A stretch of DNA of 64,000 nt from Burkholderiales bacterium (GCA_025363275.1 JANYEE010000156.1:5215-69214); one strand, 5' to 3'; shown: positions 54,415 to 64,000, numbered from the stretch's first letter. Notes: generated from the sequence alone by a model not told the origin. Translations and numbers: made by a program.

Positions 54415-55286
54415 AGGTTGTCAGGAATCTCGATTTCGGCGCTGAACACCGTGGTGGCCGGGCCGGTCATGGTAACGGGCGCGCCGCCGCCCGCCCATTG
54501 AATGGTGAGTGTGCCACCAGTGGCCTGCACATCAACCGTGTCGTCCAGCAGGCCCAAGCGAATGCCTGCCACTACCGCCGCGCAGGCACCGGTACCGCAG
54601 GCCAGGGTCTCACCCACACCGCGCTCAACCACCCGCAGGCGTATGCGGCTGCGGCTTTGCACCTGCAAAAAACCCACATTCACGCCTTGGGGAAATTGCG
54701 GGCTAGCCTGAATAGCGGGGCCCAAAGTGCCGACGTCTGCAGTATCCACATCGGGCACCAGCAACACGGCATGGGGGTTACCCATTGACAGAACTGCTAC
54801 AACAATAGGAGCACCCGAGGCAGTATTTACCTGGGCCACCGGCCAATTCAGCCATAAATTCTGGGTCTGAGGGCTGATACCTCGCGGATCAAAGGGAATG
54901 TCTTCCAGCGCAAACACCGGGGCTCCCATGTCCACGGTGACGCGGCCATCAAGCGCGATGCGAGGCTCGATGACGCCTTTCATGGTTTTTACGCGCAAGC
55001 TATCTTTGGTGCTCAGGCCTTTATCCCGAACAAAGCGGGCAAAGCAGCGCGCGCCGTTGCCGCACTGCTCCACCTCGTTGCCATCGGCGTTGTGGATCAC
55101 GTATTCAAAATCCAGCTCGGGCGCGGGCGCAGGCCGCACCGTGAGGATTTGGTCGGCCCCCACCCCAAAGTGGCGGTCGCCCAAAAAGCGGTAGTGCGCG
55201 CTGGTGAGGCCCAGCCGGCCACGGGTTTCGTCCAGCACGACAAAGTCATTACCGGCACCTTGCATTTTGGTAAAGGGAATACGCAT
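54411..55286 (-). CDS. dapF: Diaminopimelate epimerase
   Basis: Contains [12 protein letters not shown] and the two catalytic Cys motifs ([18 protein letters not shown]). Confidence 0.96.
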   Translation of the reverse strand: MRIPFTKMQGAGNDFVVLDETRGRLGLTSAHYRFLGDRHFGVGADQILTVRPAPAPELDFEYVIHNADGNEVEQCGNGARCFARFVRDKGLSTKDSLRVKTMKGVIEPRIALDGRVTVDMGAPVFALEDIPFDPRGISPQTQNLWLNWPVAQVNTASGAPIVVAVLSMGNPHAVLLVPDVDTADVGTLGPAIQASPQFPQGVNVGFLQVQSRSRIRLRVVERGVGETLACGTGACAAVVAGIRLGLLDDTVDVQATGGTLTIQWAGGGAPVTMTGPATTVFSAEIEIPDNL

Positions 55287-55328
55287 CCCCCTGATTATCC
55301 GCGTGTGCCGCTGGCGTAGCGCAGGCCG

Positions 55329-56000
55329 TCAAACGTGCTTGGTAGCCGACGTGGACGCCATGGCCTGCAAATTGGCCAGCAAATCGCCAAAACGCTCGCC
55401 CTGCACCACGACATGGTCACGCAGTGCCAGAGCAGTGGCCTCGGCGTCGCCCGCCGCAATGGCAGCCACGATGGCTTGGTGCTCGCGAAAAGACATGGCC
55501 AGACGATTGCGCACGCGCAACTGCAAGCGGCGATACGGACGCAAGCGGCGTTGCAGTTGCGAGGCCTGCTCGATCAAAAACGTGTTGTGGCTACCTGCGT
55601 AAATGGCGGCATGGAAGGTCTCATTGCAATAGAAGTAGGCATCCGAGTCCTGCCGGGCCATCGCCTGATCGCAGGCCTTCAATGCTTGCACCAACTCCGC
55701 GCGCTCAAGCTCTGTCATGCGTCGGGCTGCCAGACGGCCACACATGGCTTCGAGTTCGCTCATGACCTCAAACATCTCAATCAGCCGCGTCGGCCCAATG
55801 CTGGTGACCACGGCACCGCGGCGCGGTCGTATTTCGATCAGCCCCTCGGCAGCCAACTGAATCAGGGCCTCGCGCACCGGCGTTCGGGATACACCGTATT
55901 GCTCTACCAGCGTTGCCTCGTCCAGCGCACTGCCCGGAGACAGCTCACCGGTTGCGATCTGCTCCTCAATTTTTTCGCGCAACTGATCAGAAATTTTCAT
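55329..56000 (-). CDS. GntR-family (FadR/FCD subfamily) transcriptional regulator, probable regulator of the malonate locus
   Basis: Has a winged helix-turn-helix (GVSRTPVREALIQL) and an FCD-type C-terminal domain. It is divergent from the TRAP-mdc operon. Confidence 0.88.
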   Translation of the reverse strand: MKISDQLREKIEEQIATGELSPGSALDEATLVEQYGVSRTPVREALIQLAAEGLIEIRPRRGAVVTSIGPTRLIEMFEVMSELEAMCGRLAARRMTELERAELVQALKACDQAMARQDSDAYFYCNETFHAAIYAGSHNTFLIEQASQLQRRLRPYRRLQLRVRNRLAMSFREHQAIVAAIAAGDAEATALALRDHVVVQGERFGDLLANLQAMASTSATKHV

Positions 56001-56088
56001 CCGCGGATTGTCCCATCTCTTTGCTTAATGGATGCTAAAAATGCATCAGGGTATTTACCGATACACAACAAAAATACAAATCAATACA

Positions 56089-56104
56089 TTTATGTATACA
56101 TAAA
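56089..56104. promoter_or_regulatory. 16-bp perfect palindrome TTTATGTATACATAAA, candidate GntR operator
   Basis: The palindrome lies immediately upstream of the AGGAG Shine-Dalgarno sequence and ATG 56120 of the TRAP binding protein. Its core TGTATACA fits the GT-N-AC GntR/FadR half-site logic. Additional ATACA half-sites occur at 56061, 56074 and 56084. Confidence 0.6.
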
Positions 56105-56119
56105 CCAGGAGACACAACC

Positions 56120-57136
56120 ATGCGACGTCGTAGCCTTATTCAATCAGTAGGTGGGCTTATTGGCAGCGCACTGCCCTTTGCTTCGGCGTTTGCGCAGAGC
56201 GCAACGCTAAAAATTTCACACCAATTCCCCGGCGGGACGATCAAAGAGGGCGACTTCCGCGACCGGCTGGTACGCACCTTCGCTGCCGAAGTAGAAAAGC
56301 GCACCAAAGGCGCGCTGAAGTTTGAGATTTATCCTGGCTCATCACTGATGAAAACGCTGGCCCAATTCTCATCAATGCGCAAAGGCGCGCTCGACATGGC
56401 GCTGATTCCGCTGTCTTATGCTGGCGGAGAAATTCCTGAAGTGAATATCGGCCTGATGCCCGGCCTGGTAGTGTCTTATGAGCAGGCTTACAGCTGGAAA
56501 AGTAAACCGGTCGGTGCAGAGCTGAACCGCATTTTGCTGGACAAAGGCATTGTGTTGGTCAGCTGGATTTGGCAAGCGGGCGGCGTTGCATCGCGCTCCA
56601 AGGCCATCGTCGATCCAGAAGACGCCAAGGGCATGAAGATCCGCGGCGGGTCGCGCGAAGTGGACATGATCCTAAAAGAAGCGGGCGCATCGGTAGTCAA
56701 CCTGCCATCCAACGAGATTTATGCGGCCATGCAAACTGGTGCGATGGACGCTGCAATGACGTCAAGCACATCGTTCATTTCGTTCCGCTTGGAAGAAGTA
56801 GCGAAGGCGCTAACCACCGGCCGAACTGGTGCGTACTGGTTCATGTTTGAGCCACTGATGATGTCCAAAAGCATTTTTGATGCCCTGCCCAAGGACCAGC
56901 GCGACACCATCATGGCCGTGGGCGCCGAGATGGAAAAGTTTGCGATGGAAAACGCCAAGAAAGACGACATTGAAGTCGCCAACGTGTACCAAAAGGCCGG
57001 CGCCAAGGTCGTCGATTTGCCCGCAGCCTCCATCAAGAAGTGGCAGGATCTGGCTCGCGCGACCGCATGGAAGGACTACGCCGCCAAGAACGCTGGTAGC
57101 GCCAAACTGCTGGCACTGGCTGAGCAAACATTGTGA
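56120..57136 (+). CDS. TRAP transporter substrate-binding protein (DctP family)
   Basis: 338 aa with a signal peptide and DctP-family features. It is the first gene of a TRAP triplet. Confidence 0.9.
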   Translation: MRRRSLIQSVGGLIGSALPFASAFAQSATLKISHQFPGGTIKEGDFRDRLVRTFAAEVEKRTKGALKFEIYPGSSLMKTLAQFSSMRKGALDMALIPLSYAGGEIPEVNIGLMPGLVVSYEQAYSWKSKPVGAELNRILLDKGIVLVSWIWQAGGVASRSKAIVDPEDAKGMKIRGGSREVDMILKEAGASVVNLPSNEIYAAMQTGAMDAAMTSSTSFISFRLEEVAKALTTGRTGAYWFMFEPLMMSKSIFDALPKDQRDTIMAVGAEMEKFAMENAKKDDIEVANVYQKAGAKVVDLPAASIKKWQDLARATAWKDYAAKNAGSAKLLALAEQTL

Positions 57137-57702
57137 GCCACGGCTTTGAAATGGATACGGGGGCGGCCCCCGTGCGCATGGTGCCCAAAAACGCCACCGT
57201 AGCGCTTCTGACCGGCGCGCTGGACTGGCTGAACCGCCAGGTGTTACGCCTGTCCATGCTCGCCTTGCTGCTGGCGTCCTGCGTGCTCACTTATTCGGTC
57301 GTCACCCGATACCTGCTCAAAAGCTCCACCGACTGGCAGGACGAAGCCGCCGTGTTTTTGTTGGTGGGTGCCACGTTCATGTGCACGGCGTATGTGCAGT
57401 CGCTGCGCGGGCATGTGGGCATTGAGGCGCTGGCCACTTTGCTCCCTCCCGGTGTGAACGCGGCGCGACTGATTCTGGTGGATGTTATTTCTACGCTGTT
57501 CTGCGCGTTTTTCTCCTGGAAATCATGGTCTTTGTTCCATGAAGCCTGGACCGAAGGCCAAACCACATCGAGCAGTTTTGCACCCCCCCTGTGGATTCCC
57601 TATTCGCTGATGGCCGTTGGCATGACCGTGCTGACAGTGCAACTTTTTTTACAGTCTGCCATCCGGTTGACCGGTGGTGAAGTCCGCGGAGAAGCGCAAT
57701 GA
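57133..57702 (+). CDS. TRAP transporter small permease (DctQ family)
   Basis: 189 aa with 4 transmembrane segments. It overlaps both neighbouring genes by 4 nt. Confidence 0.88.
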   Translation: MSHGFEMDTGAAPVRMVPKNATVALLTGALDWLNRQVLRLSMLALLLASCVLTYSVVTRYLLKSSTDWQDEAAVFLLVGATFMCTAYVQSLRGHVGIEALATLLPPGVNAARLILVDVISTLFCAFFSWKSWSLFHEAWTEGQTTSSSFAPPLWIPYSLMAVGMTVLTVQLFLQSAIRLTGGEVRGEAQ

Positions 57703-59048
57703 GCGAACTGGCAATTGGCCTCTCTTATGGCGCAGCCACGCTGTTGGTGATGTTTTCGGGTATGCCCATTGCGTTTGCGCTGGGCACCGTGGCGGTCACT
57801 TTTATGTACTTTTTCATGCCCGCGTCGTCGCTGGACACGGTCGCGCAAAACGTCTACGAGGAGATGGCCTCCATCACGCTCTTGTCCATCCCGCTGTTCA
57901 TCATGAAGGGCGCGGCCATTGGTAAATCCCGTGCGGGTAAAGACTTGTACTCAGCTATCCACGCCTGGCTGCACAAGGTGCCAGGTGGCTTGGGAATAGC
58001 CAACGTATTTGCCTGCGCGCTGTTTGCAGCCATGGCGGGCTCCAGCCCCGCTACCTGTTCAGCCATCGGTTCGGCTGGAATTCCAGAGATGCGCCGGCGT
58101 GGCTACTCGCCCGGCTTTGCCGCTGGCATCATCGCTGCGGGCGGCACGCTGGGCATTTTGTTGCCGCCTTCGATTGTGATGATTCTGTATGCCGTAGCGG
58201 CCGAGCAATCCTTAGGGCGTTTGTTCCTGGCCGGTATTGGCCCCGGCATCTTGCTGGTATTGATGTTTGCAGGTTATGCCGTGGTGCGCGCCCGCAAGGA
58301 ATACCAGATGGCCAAGGCGATTTACGAGGCCGGCGGTACCAAATCTGCCTACCTAGACGAAGAGCACTTCACGCTGGCGCAGAAAGTAGAAATGCTACCG
58401 CGCGTTCTGCCCTTTCTGGTGCTGCTGCTGGGCGTCATGGTGGCCCTGTACGGCGGCTACGCTACGCCATCAGAAACCGCAGGCCTTGGCGGCTTGATGG
58501 CACTCGGCCTGGTGGCGGTGGTGTACGGATTGTGGCGCCCCAAAGACATAGCACCGATCCTGTCATCGACCCTTAAAGAATCCACCATGCTGATGCTCAT
58601 CATCGGCATGTCGCTGCTCTACAGCTATGTGATGAGCCACCTGCACATCAGCCAGGGTGCTGCGCAGTACATCGTCGGCATGCAACTCTCCAAATGGGTA
58701 TTGCTGGCCGTAATTTTGTTAATGGTGATTGTTCTGGGCTTCTTTTTGCCGCCAGTGTCCATCATCTTAATGACCGCACCCATCATCCTGCCCCCGCTCA
58801 AAGCCGCAGGCTTTGATCTGATCTGGTTTGGTGTGGTGATGACCATCGTGATGGAAATGGGCCTGATTCACCCACCGGTAGGACTGAACATTTTTGTGAT
58901 TAAGAATGTGGCCCCTGACATCCCCCTCAAAGATGTGATTTGGGGTGTGATGCCCTTCGTCGGGCTGATGTTTGTCGCGGTGTTTTTGCTGTGCCTTTTT
59001 CCCGAAATTGCGACCGGATTACCCAACCTGGTGATGGGCACCAAGTAG
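57699..59048 (+). CDS. TRAP transporter large permease (DctM family)
   Basis: A 449-aa polytopic protein of the DctM family. Confidence 0.92.
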   Translation: MSELAIGLSYGAATLLVMFSGMPIAFALGTVAVTFMYFFMPASSLDTVAQNVYEEMASITLLSIPLFIMKGAAIGKSRAGKDLYSAIHAWLHKVPGGLGIANVFACALFAAMAGSSPATCSAIGSAGIPEMRRRGYSPGFAAGIIAAGGTLGILLPPSIVMILYAVAAEQSLGRLFLAGIGPGILLVLMFAGYAVVRARKEYQMAKAIYEAGGTKSAYLDEEHFTLAQKVEMLPRVLPFLVLLLGVMVALYGGYATPSETAGLGGLMALGLVAVVYGLWRPKDIAPILSSTLKESTMLMLIIGMSLLYSYVMSHLHISQGAAQYIVGMQLSKWVLLAVILLMVIVLGFFLPPVSIILMTAPIILPPLKAAGFDLIWFGVVMTIVMEMGLIHPPVGLNIFVIKNVAPDIPLKDVIWGVMPFVGLMFVAVFLLCLFPEIATGLPNLVMGTK

Positions 59049-59049
59049 C

Positions 59050-60726
59050 ATGAATGCTCCTGATGTCCAATGGAACCGGCAGGCACAAAGCAAAGCGCGC
59101 CGACTGGCGCGCGCAGCACAGGCGCTGGGTGCCGGTTTGCAGGGCAAGCGGGTAGCGGCAGACGATACCGTCAAGCTACTGTCCGCCGTGTTGGAGAGTG
59201 GCGACCGCGTGTGCCTGGAGGGCAACAACCAGAAGCAGGCTGACTTTCTTGCGCGCGCGCTCAATCAGCTAAACCCAGCTGATATTCATGATCTGCACAT
59301 GGTGCAGTCGGTGCTGGCGCTGCCCGAGCACTTGGACTTGTTTGAAAACGGTATCGCAAGCCGACTGGATTTTTCGTTCTCAGGTCCTCAAAGCGCGCGC
59401 CTGGCCAAGATGGTCACCGCCGGGCAAATTCAGATCGGGGCGATCCACACTTACCTGGAGTTGTTCAGCCGCTATTTTGTGGACCTGACGCCCCGCATCT
59501 CCCTGGTGTGCGCGCAGGCTGCTGATGCGCAGGGTAACTTGTACACCGGTGCCAACACGGAGGACACACCGGCCATTGTGGAGGCCACCGCTTTCAAGAG
59601 CGGCATCGTGATCGCGCAGGTCAACGAAATGGTGGATACGCTGCCGCGCGTTGATATTCCCGGCGAATGGGTGAACTTTGTCATCCCGGCACCCCAGCCC
59701 CATTTCATTGAGCCATTGTTCACGCGCGACCCGGCACAAATTTCCGAGATTCAAGTGCTCATGGCCATGATGGCCATCAAAGGTATCTATGCCGAATACG
59801 GCGTGCAGAGGCTCAACCACGGCATTGGTTTTGACACCGCCGCTATCGAATTACTGCTGCCCACCTACGCCGAATCGCTGGGGCTCAAGGGCAAAATCTG
59901 CAAGCACTGGGCGCTCAACCCGCACCCGGCCATGATTCCAGCCATTGAAGCGGGTTGGGTCGAGTCCATCCATTCCTTCGGGTCAGAACTGGGTATGGAA
60001 AACTACGTGCGGGCCCGCTCCGACGTGTTCTTTACCGGGGTGGACGGCAGTCTGCGCAGCAACCGCGCAATGAGCCAAGCCGCGGGCCACTACGCCTGCG
60101 ACATGTTCATTGGCTCAACCCTGCAAATCGATCTGAATGGCCACAGCTCCACGGCCACTGCCGGGCGCATTGCCGGCTTTGGCGGTGCACCCAATATGGG
60201 TGCTGACGCCCGGGGCCGGCGGCACGCCTCCCCCGCGTGGCTCAAGGCCGGTGCACAGGCCCGCCAGGGGCGCACGGGTGTATCGGCCATGCCACGCGGC
60301 CAAAAACTGGTAGTGCAAATGGTAGAAACTTTTCGCGAGCATATGCAGCCAGCCTTTGTAGAGAAGCTGGACGCCTGGCAGCTGGCCGAGCAAGCCAAAA
60401 TGGAAATTCCACCGGTGATGATTTACGGCGACGATGTCACGCACATCCTGACTGAAGAAGGCATCGCCAATTTGCTGCTGTGCCGCAGCGACGAAGAGCG
60501 CGAGCAGGCGATTCGCGGTGTAGCAGGCTTCACGCCCATTGGCCTGGCGCGTGACCGCCGTATGGTGGAAAATCTGCGCGACCGCGGCATTGTGCAGCGC
60601 GCTGAAGACCTCGGCATTGACAAACGCGACGCCACCCGCAGCCTGCTGGCTGCACGCACAATGCGCGATCTGGTGCGTGCATCGGGGGGGCTCTACAACC
60701 CACCCAAGCGCTTTCGCAACTGGTAA
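59050..60726 (+). CDS. mdcA: Malonate decarboxylase alpha subunit (acetyl-S-ACP:malonate ACP transferase)
   Basis: 558 aa, followed by mdcC, mdcD and mdcE. It starts 1 nt after the dctM stop. Confidence 0.9.
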   Translation: MNAPDVQWNRQAQSKARRLARAAQALGAGLQGKRVAADDTVKLLSAVLESGDRVCLEGNNQKQADFLARALNQLNPADIHDLHMVQSVLALPEHLDLFENGIASRLDFSFSGPQSARLAKMVTAGQIQIGAIHTYLELFSRYFVDLTPRISLVCAQAADAQGNLYTGANTEDTPAIVEATAFKSGIVIAQVNEMVDTLPRVDIPGEWVNFVIPAPQPHFIEPLFTRDPAQISEIQVLMAMMAIKGIYAEYGVQRLNHGIGFDTAAIELLLPTYAESLGLKGKICKHWALNPHPAMIPAIEAGWVESIHSFGSELGMENYVRARSDVFFTGVDGSLRSNRAMSQAAGHYACDMFIGSTLQIDLNGHSSTATAGRIAGFGGAPNMGADARGRRHASPAWLKAGAQARQGRTGVSAMPRGQKLVVQMVETFREHMQPAFVEKLDAWQLAEQAKMEIPPVMIYGDDVTHILTEEGIANLLLCRSDEEREQAIRGVAGFTPIGLARDRRMVENLRDRGIVQRAEDLGIDKRDATRSLLAARTMRDLVRASGGLYNPPKRFRNW

Positions 60727-60749
60727 GCCATCACTTGCAGTAGGTCGTC

Positions 60750-61073
60750 ATGGAAAAACTCAACTACGCACTGCCAGGCACCACCGCACCCGGCGCATTT
60801 GATGCGATCCTGGTCGGCGTGGTGGGGTCTGGCAACCTGGAGGTCATGGTGGAGCCTGGCTTCGATGGCACCACCTGCACCGTCGATATTTCTACATCTG
60901 CCCGCGGTTTCGCGCCCATCTGGGAGGCAGTGGTCAACGACTTTCAAAGCCGCCACGCCCTGCGCGGTGTTGCCATTTCGATCAACGACATGGGCGCCAC
61001 CCCTGCTGTGGTGAGTTTGCGCCTAGACCAGGCCGTGGCCGCTTTGCCCATGCCTACCAAGAAAGCACCATGA
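60750..61073 (+). CDS. mdcC: Malonate decarboxylase acyl carrier protein (delta subunit)
   Basis: 107 aa with the prosthetic-group serine motif GVVGSGNLEVM. Confidence 0.88.
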   Translation: MEKLNYALPGTTAPGAFDAILVGVVGSGNLEVMVEPGFDGTTCTVDISTSARGFAPIWEAVVNDFQSRHALRGVAISINDMGATPAVVSLRLDQAVAALPMPTKKAP

Positions 61074-61957
61074 AACACAGCTTTGCTGAATCCACGGCGC
61101 GCATGCGCGTGAACCACCTGCTGGACAACGGCTCGTTCCACGAAATTTTAGGCCCGGCCCGGCGCGTGGTGAGCCCGCACTTGGCGCTACTAGGCGTGCC
61201 GTTTTCTTTTGACGATGGTGTGGTGATCGGCAGTGGAATCTTGAACGGCCAGCCCGTATTGATTGCCGCGCAAGAAGGTGAATTCATGGGCGGTGGCGTA
61301 GGCGAGGTACATGGCGCCAAGCTGGTGGGCCTTTTCAGGCGCGCGCTGCGCGACCGGCCGTCTGCGGTTGTGGTGCTGGCCGAGTCCGGTGGCGTGCGAC
61401 TGCACGAGGCCAACGCCGGCCTGATTGCCGTGTCGGAAGTGATGCGCGCCTTGCTCGATGTCCGTGCTGCTGGTATTGCAGTGTTGATGCTGATCGGCGG
61501 GGCTAACGGCTGCTTTGGTGGAATGGGGCTGATAGCCCGCTGCGCAGACTACGTTGTCATGAGCGATATCGGCCGTATGTCAATGTCGGGACCCGAAGTG
61601 ATTGAGTCAAGTCACGGTGTGGAAGAATTCGATTCACGCGACCGTGCGCTGGTGTGGCGCACCACCGGCGGCAAACACCGCTATCTGATGGACGACTGCG
61701 ACGCGTTGGTGGAAGACGACATAGAAGCGTTCCGGCAAGCTGCCATTGAGGGGCTGCGCCACACTCGCCCCCTGACCCTGCAAGCCCTGCTGCAAGAGCA
61801 TGCATTGCTTACCAACCGCATCACCGATTTCGGCGATTGCAAGGATGCCACTGACATCTGGCAGCGCCTGGGCGTACCCAACACGAGCCAGGTGACAGAC
61901 CTGGAAGCCGCGCAAGTGCAGGTACTCAAGCCTTTGGCAACCGCGGAGGCGCTGTGA
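61070..61957 (+). CDS. mdcD: Biotin-independent malonate decarboxylase beta subunit
   Basis: A carboxyltransferase-like protein of 295 aa, in the expected operon position. Confidence 0.88.
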   Translation: MKHSFAESTARMRVNHLLDNGSFHEILGPARRVVSPHLALLGVPFSFDDGVVIGSGILNGQPVLIAAQEGEFMGGGVGEVHGAKLVGLFRRALRDRPSAVVVLAESGGVRLHEANAGLIAVSEVMRALLDVRAAGIAVLMLIGGANGCFGGMGLIARCADYVVMSDIGRMSMSGPEVIESSHGVEEFDSRDRALVWRTTGGKHRYLMDDCDALVEDDIEAFRQAAIEGLRHTRPLTLQALLQEHALLTNRITDFGDCKDATDIWQRLGVPNTSQVTDLEAAQVQVLKPLATAEAL

Positions 61958-62664
61958 ACTGGGAAAAGCTGGTCACTGCGATTTTTGGTTCCCACCACCA
62001 GGTGACACGGTTGGGCGATGTCATCAGCGGCACGGGCGAACTGCGCGGCCAAACCTTGGCAGTGGTAGGCACTACCGACCACACCGCCATCGGTATAGAG
62101 ATTGCACTGGCCCAGGCCCAACTGGTGCTCGAGACGGTACAAAACCACCCGGGGCGCGCGATCTTGTTGCTGGTTGACACCCAGGGGCAGCGCCTACGCC
62201 ACCGTGATGAGCTCCTGTGCATCAACCGCTACATGGCACATCTGGGCTGTTGCATTGAGCTTGCGCGCCGCCAGGGGCACCAGGTCATCGGGTTGGTGTA
62301 TGACCAGGCGCTCTCCGGGGGATTCATCACATCAGGGCTGATTGCGGACGCCTGCTACGCACTACCCGAGGCTGAAATCCGCGTGATGCGATTGCCCGCT
62401 ATGGCGCGCGTCACGAAGATACCGGAAGAAGTGCTCGAAGCGCTCTCTGCTTCTAACCCTGTATTTGCTCCCGGCGTAGAGAACTATGTAGCCATGGGTG
62501 GCATCCGCAGCCTGTGGACCGGTGACCTGGCTGCGGCGCTGCAAGATGCATTAAATACCGCCCCACGCGTCGACGTGCGGGCTACCGACGGCGCCGCGCG
62601 CGGCGGACGCATGCTGGCGGCGCAAGTGATCGAGCAGGTGCTGGCCGACGGTGTAGCCGCCTGA
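61954..62664 (+). CDS. mdcE: Biotin-independent malonate decarboxylase gamma subunit
   Basis: 236 aa, in the expected operon position after mdcD. Confidence 0.85.
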   Translation: MNWEKLVTAIFGSHHQVTRLGDVISGTGELRGQTLAVVGTTDHTAIGIEIALAQAQLVLETVQNHPGRAILLLVDTQGQRLRHRDELLCINRYMAHLGCCIELARRQGHQVIGLVYDQALSGGFITSGLIADACYALPEAEIRVMRLPAMARVTKIPEEVLEALSASNPVFAPGVENYVAMGGIRSLWTGDLAAALQDALNTAPRVDVRATDGAARGGRMLAAQVIEQVLADGVAA

Positions 62665-62696
62665 GGGCGGGTTCTGGCTCGCCAACCGCTTACCCG

Positions 62697-63344
62697 ATGT
62701 TTGGCCTGCAGCGTAACCATCTGGTTTGGCTCCAGCCCGATGCGTGGCAAGGCATCGTGGCCCGCGCGTGGGACGACGAGGCCGCCGGCATTTTGAAGCA
62801 CTGGGCAGAGCAGCAGTTACCGCTGGTAGTGGCCCGCCAGCGCGAGGGTACTGACCCTGCCCATATCAGCTTGGGTTTACCCGCCCCACTACAGTGGGGG
62901 CGCCGCAAGCTGGCTTTGGAAGCTACCGAGAACGACGTTTTGCGAACCGGAAATTTTCCGTGGCTGCACGAACTGGTGCAACAGGGTACTTGGAGTGAGG
63001 GCGTGCGCGCGCGCGCGCGCACGCTCAAAGCACTGGGGCTATCTGCGCGCGTGTACGGCTCGCACGGCTGGCAGCACATCACCGGCATGCTGTGCGTACG
63101 CGCAGCCTCAGATCTGGACCTGTGCTTTGAAGCACCCGACCTGAATACGGCGATGGCGCTGTGCAAAGTGTTGGCAGAGTTGGACGATGGCATGCCGCTG
63201 GACGGTGAAATGGTGTTCCCACAGGGCGGTAGTGTGGCGTGGCGCGAACTGCACCAGCTAGCCATCGGCCAAGCGCGCCAGGTGTTAGCGCGTAACCACC
63301 AAAATGTGCGGCTGGTTGATATCCATGGATTACGAAGCCTGTGA
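62697..63344 (+). CDS. mdcG: Malonate decarboxylase holo-ACP synthase (phosphoribosyl-dephospho-CoA transferase)
   Basis: Contains LVWLQPDAW..YGSHGWQHITG..ASDLDLCF, which is characteristic of MdcG. Confidence 0.85.
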   Translation: MFGLQRNHLVWLQPDAWQGIVARAWDDEAAGILKHWAEQQLPLVVARQREGTDPAHISLGLPAPLQWGRRKLALEATENDVLRTGNFPWLHELVQQGTWSEGVRARARTLKALGLSARVYGSHGWQHITGMLCVRAASDLDLCFEAPDLNTAMALCKVLAELDDGMPLDGEMVFPQGGSVAWRELHQLAIGQARQVLARNHQNVRLVDIHGLRSL

Positions 63345-63356
63345 CAGGCCGCCCAT

Positions 63357-64000
63357 GACTGTACGGCCGAGCATTGCAGAGCATCAGGCCTTGCAGGCGC
63401 TAGGGCGTCACGCTGTGCGCGCGCTGTACGCTGAAGTTGCACTAGAGCCCAAGCCCGGCTTGGTGTCGTTTCGTGACTGTGGCAGCCACACCGACATGAC
63501 TGCCGCCACGTTTGTGCGCAGCCTGTTTGCATTGCGCCATTACTTTCCAGCCGTAGCCCGTGCAGGATTTATGGATGCGCCGTTTTCGACATTGGAAAAT
63601 TTGGGCCGCTGTGCCGAAGCGCGCATGCTGCAAGCAACCGGTGGCGTCAACACCCACCGGGGCGCCGTGTTTGGCTTGGGCCTTCTCTGCGCCAGTGCCG
63701 GGTATCTGATTGCGCAGGATCGATCCATCACGGCTCGCCAACTGCGTGAGGTTCTTCTCGAGCAATGGGGCCACGCATTAGGCCGCCGTGCGGAAGAGGC
63801 ACGCAGCCGTCCCCCCGCATCGCACGGACAGCGTGCGGCACGGTGCTTCGGATTGCGCACAGCAGGCGATGAAGCTGCACTGGGTTTTCCAACACTGTTT
63901 GACACCACACTGCCCGCCTTGCAGCGCGCGAGCTCCGCGGGCGCGCCACTGCGGGCGGCCAAGGTGCAAGCCCTGTTTGCCACGATGGCCGTGCTAGACG
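63357..64000 (+). CDS. mdcB: Triphosphoribosyl-dephospho-CoA synthase MdcB, N-terminal part (runs off the window)
   Basis: Not in the ORF track because there is no stop within the window. Hand translation from ATG 63357 gives MTVRPSIAEHQALQALGRHAVRALYAEVALEPKPGLVSFRDCGSHTDM...GGVNTHRGAVFGLGLL, which matches CitG/MdcB hallmarks. Confidence 0.8.

Noticed and set aside
62690-63532. 280-aa minus-strand ORF overlapping mdcG and the start of mdcB
   Set aside because: The plus-strand frames give recognisable MdcG and MdcB motifs and fit the operon. The antisense product is Cys/Ser/Arg-rich with no motif.

Overview
This is a high-GC (about 60%, by eye) chromosomal core region. Gene content and order look betaproteobacterial, Burkholderiales/Comamonadaceae-like, but that placement is inference. 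I recognised no rRNA, tRNA, CRISPR array, transposase or prophage.

Gene content, left to right:
- ampD (3' fragment), nrdA-nrdB, and a histone H1-like AKKA-repeat protein.
- Minus-strand block: NTase-like hypothetical, tlpA-like redoxin, accB, accC, prmA, DUF3426 zinc-ribbon protein.
- mpl, a rhomboid protease, a GNAT acetyltransferase, DAHP synthase, two unknown ORFs, tldD, rodA, and an RNB-family exoribonuclease.
- A TonB-like protein, mtgA, a lower-GC alpha/beta hydrolase, a PlsC-like plus CdsA-like pair, and ruvC.
- A complete division/cell-wall (dcw) cluster on the minus strand, from mraZ through rsmH, ftsL, ftsI, murE, murF, mraY, murD, ftsW, murG, murC, ddl, ftsQ, ftsA and ftsZ to lpxC. 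A tiny flagellar-rod-like ORF follows lpxC.
- A large protein of unknown function with STAS-like domains, a long DksA, a COG0523 GTPase, rlmI, a methyl-accepting chemotaxis protein (MCP), and xerC-DUF484-dapF.
- A divergent GntR regulator next to a TRAP transporter fused to a malonate decarboxylase operon (mdcA-C-D-E-G-B; mdcB runs off the window).

I see no obvious multi-gene novel system. The observations most worth follow-up:
1. An unannotated 22-codon leader ORF rich in Phe, Tyr and Trp, followed by a strong intrinsic terminator, sits in the 5' leader of the DAHP synthase gene. This looks like a ribosome-mediated attenuator.
2. Two families of short repeats occur. One is GC-rich and palindromic, with one intergenic copy and one copy inside the RNB coding sequence. 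The other is a modular element of about 57 nt with at least three copies, one supplying the mpl stop codon and one abutting the ruvC start.
3. mpl carries an in-frame insertion containing a 25-nt inverted repeat.
4. DksA has a histone H1-like N-terminal extension and a cysteine-poor (probably zinc-independent) finger, and lies just downstream of a COG0523 zinc-chaperone-like GTPase.
5. A 99-aa minimal flagellar rod-family protein sits at the end of the dcw cluster.
6. Clear candidate operators are present for MraZ, NrdR and the GntR regulator.

All coordinates of small motifs were counted by hand and should be re-verified computationally.
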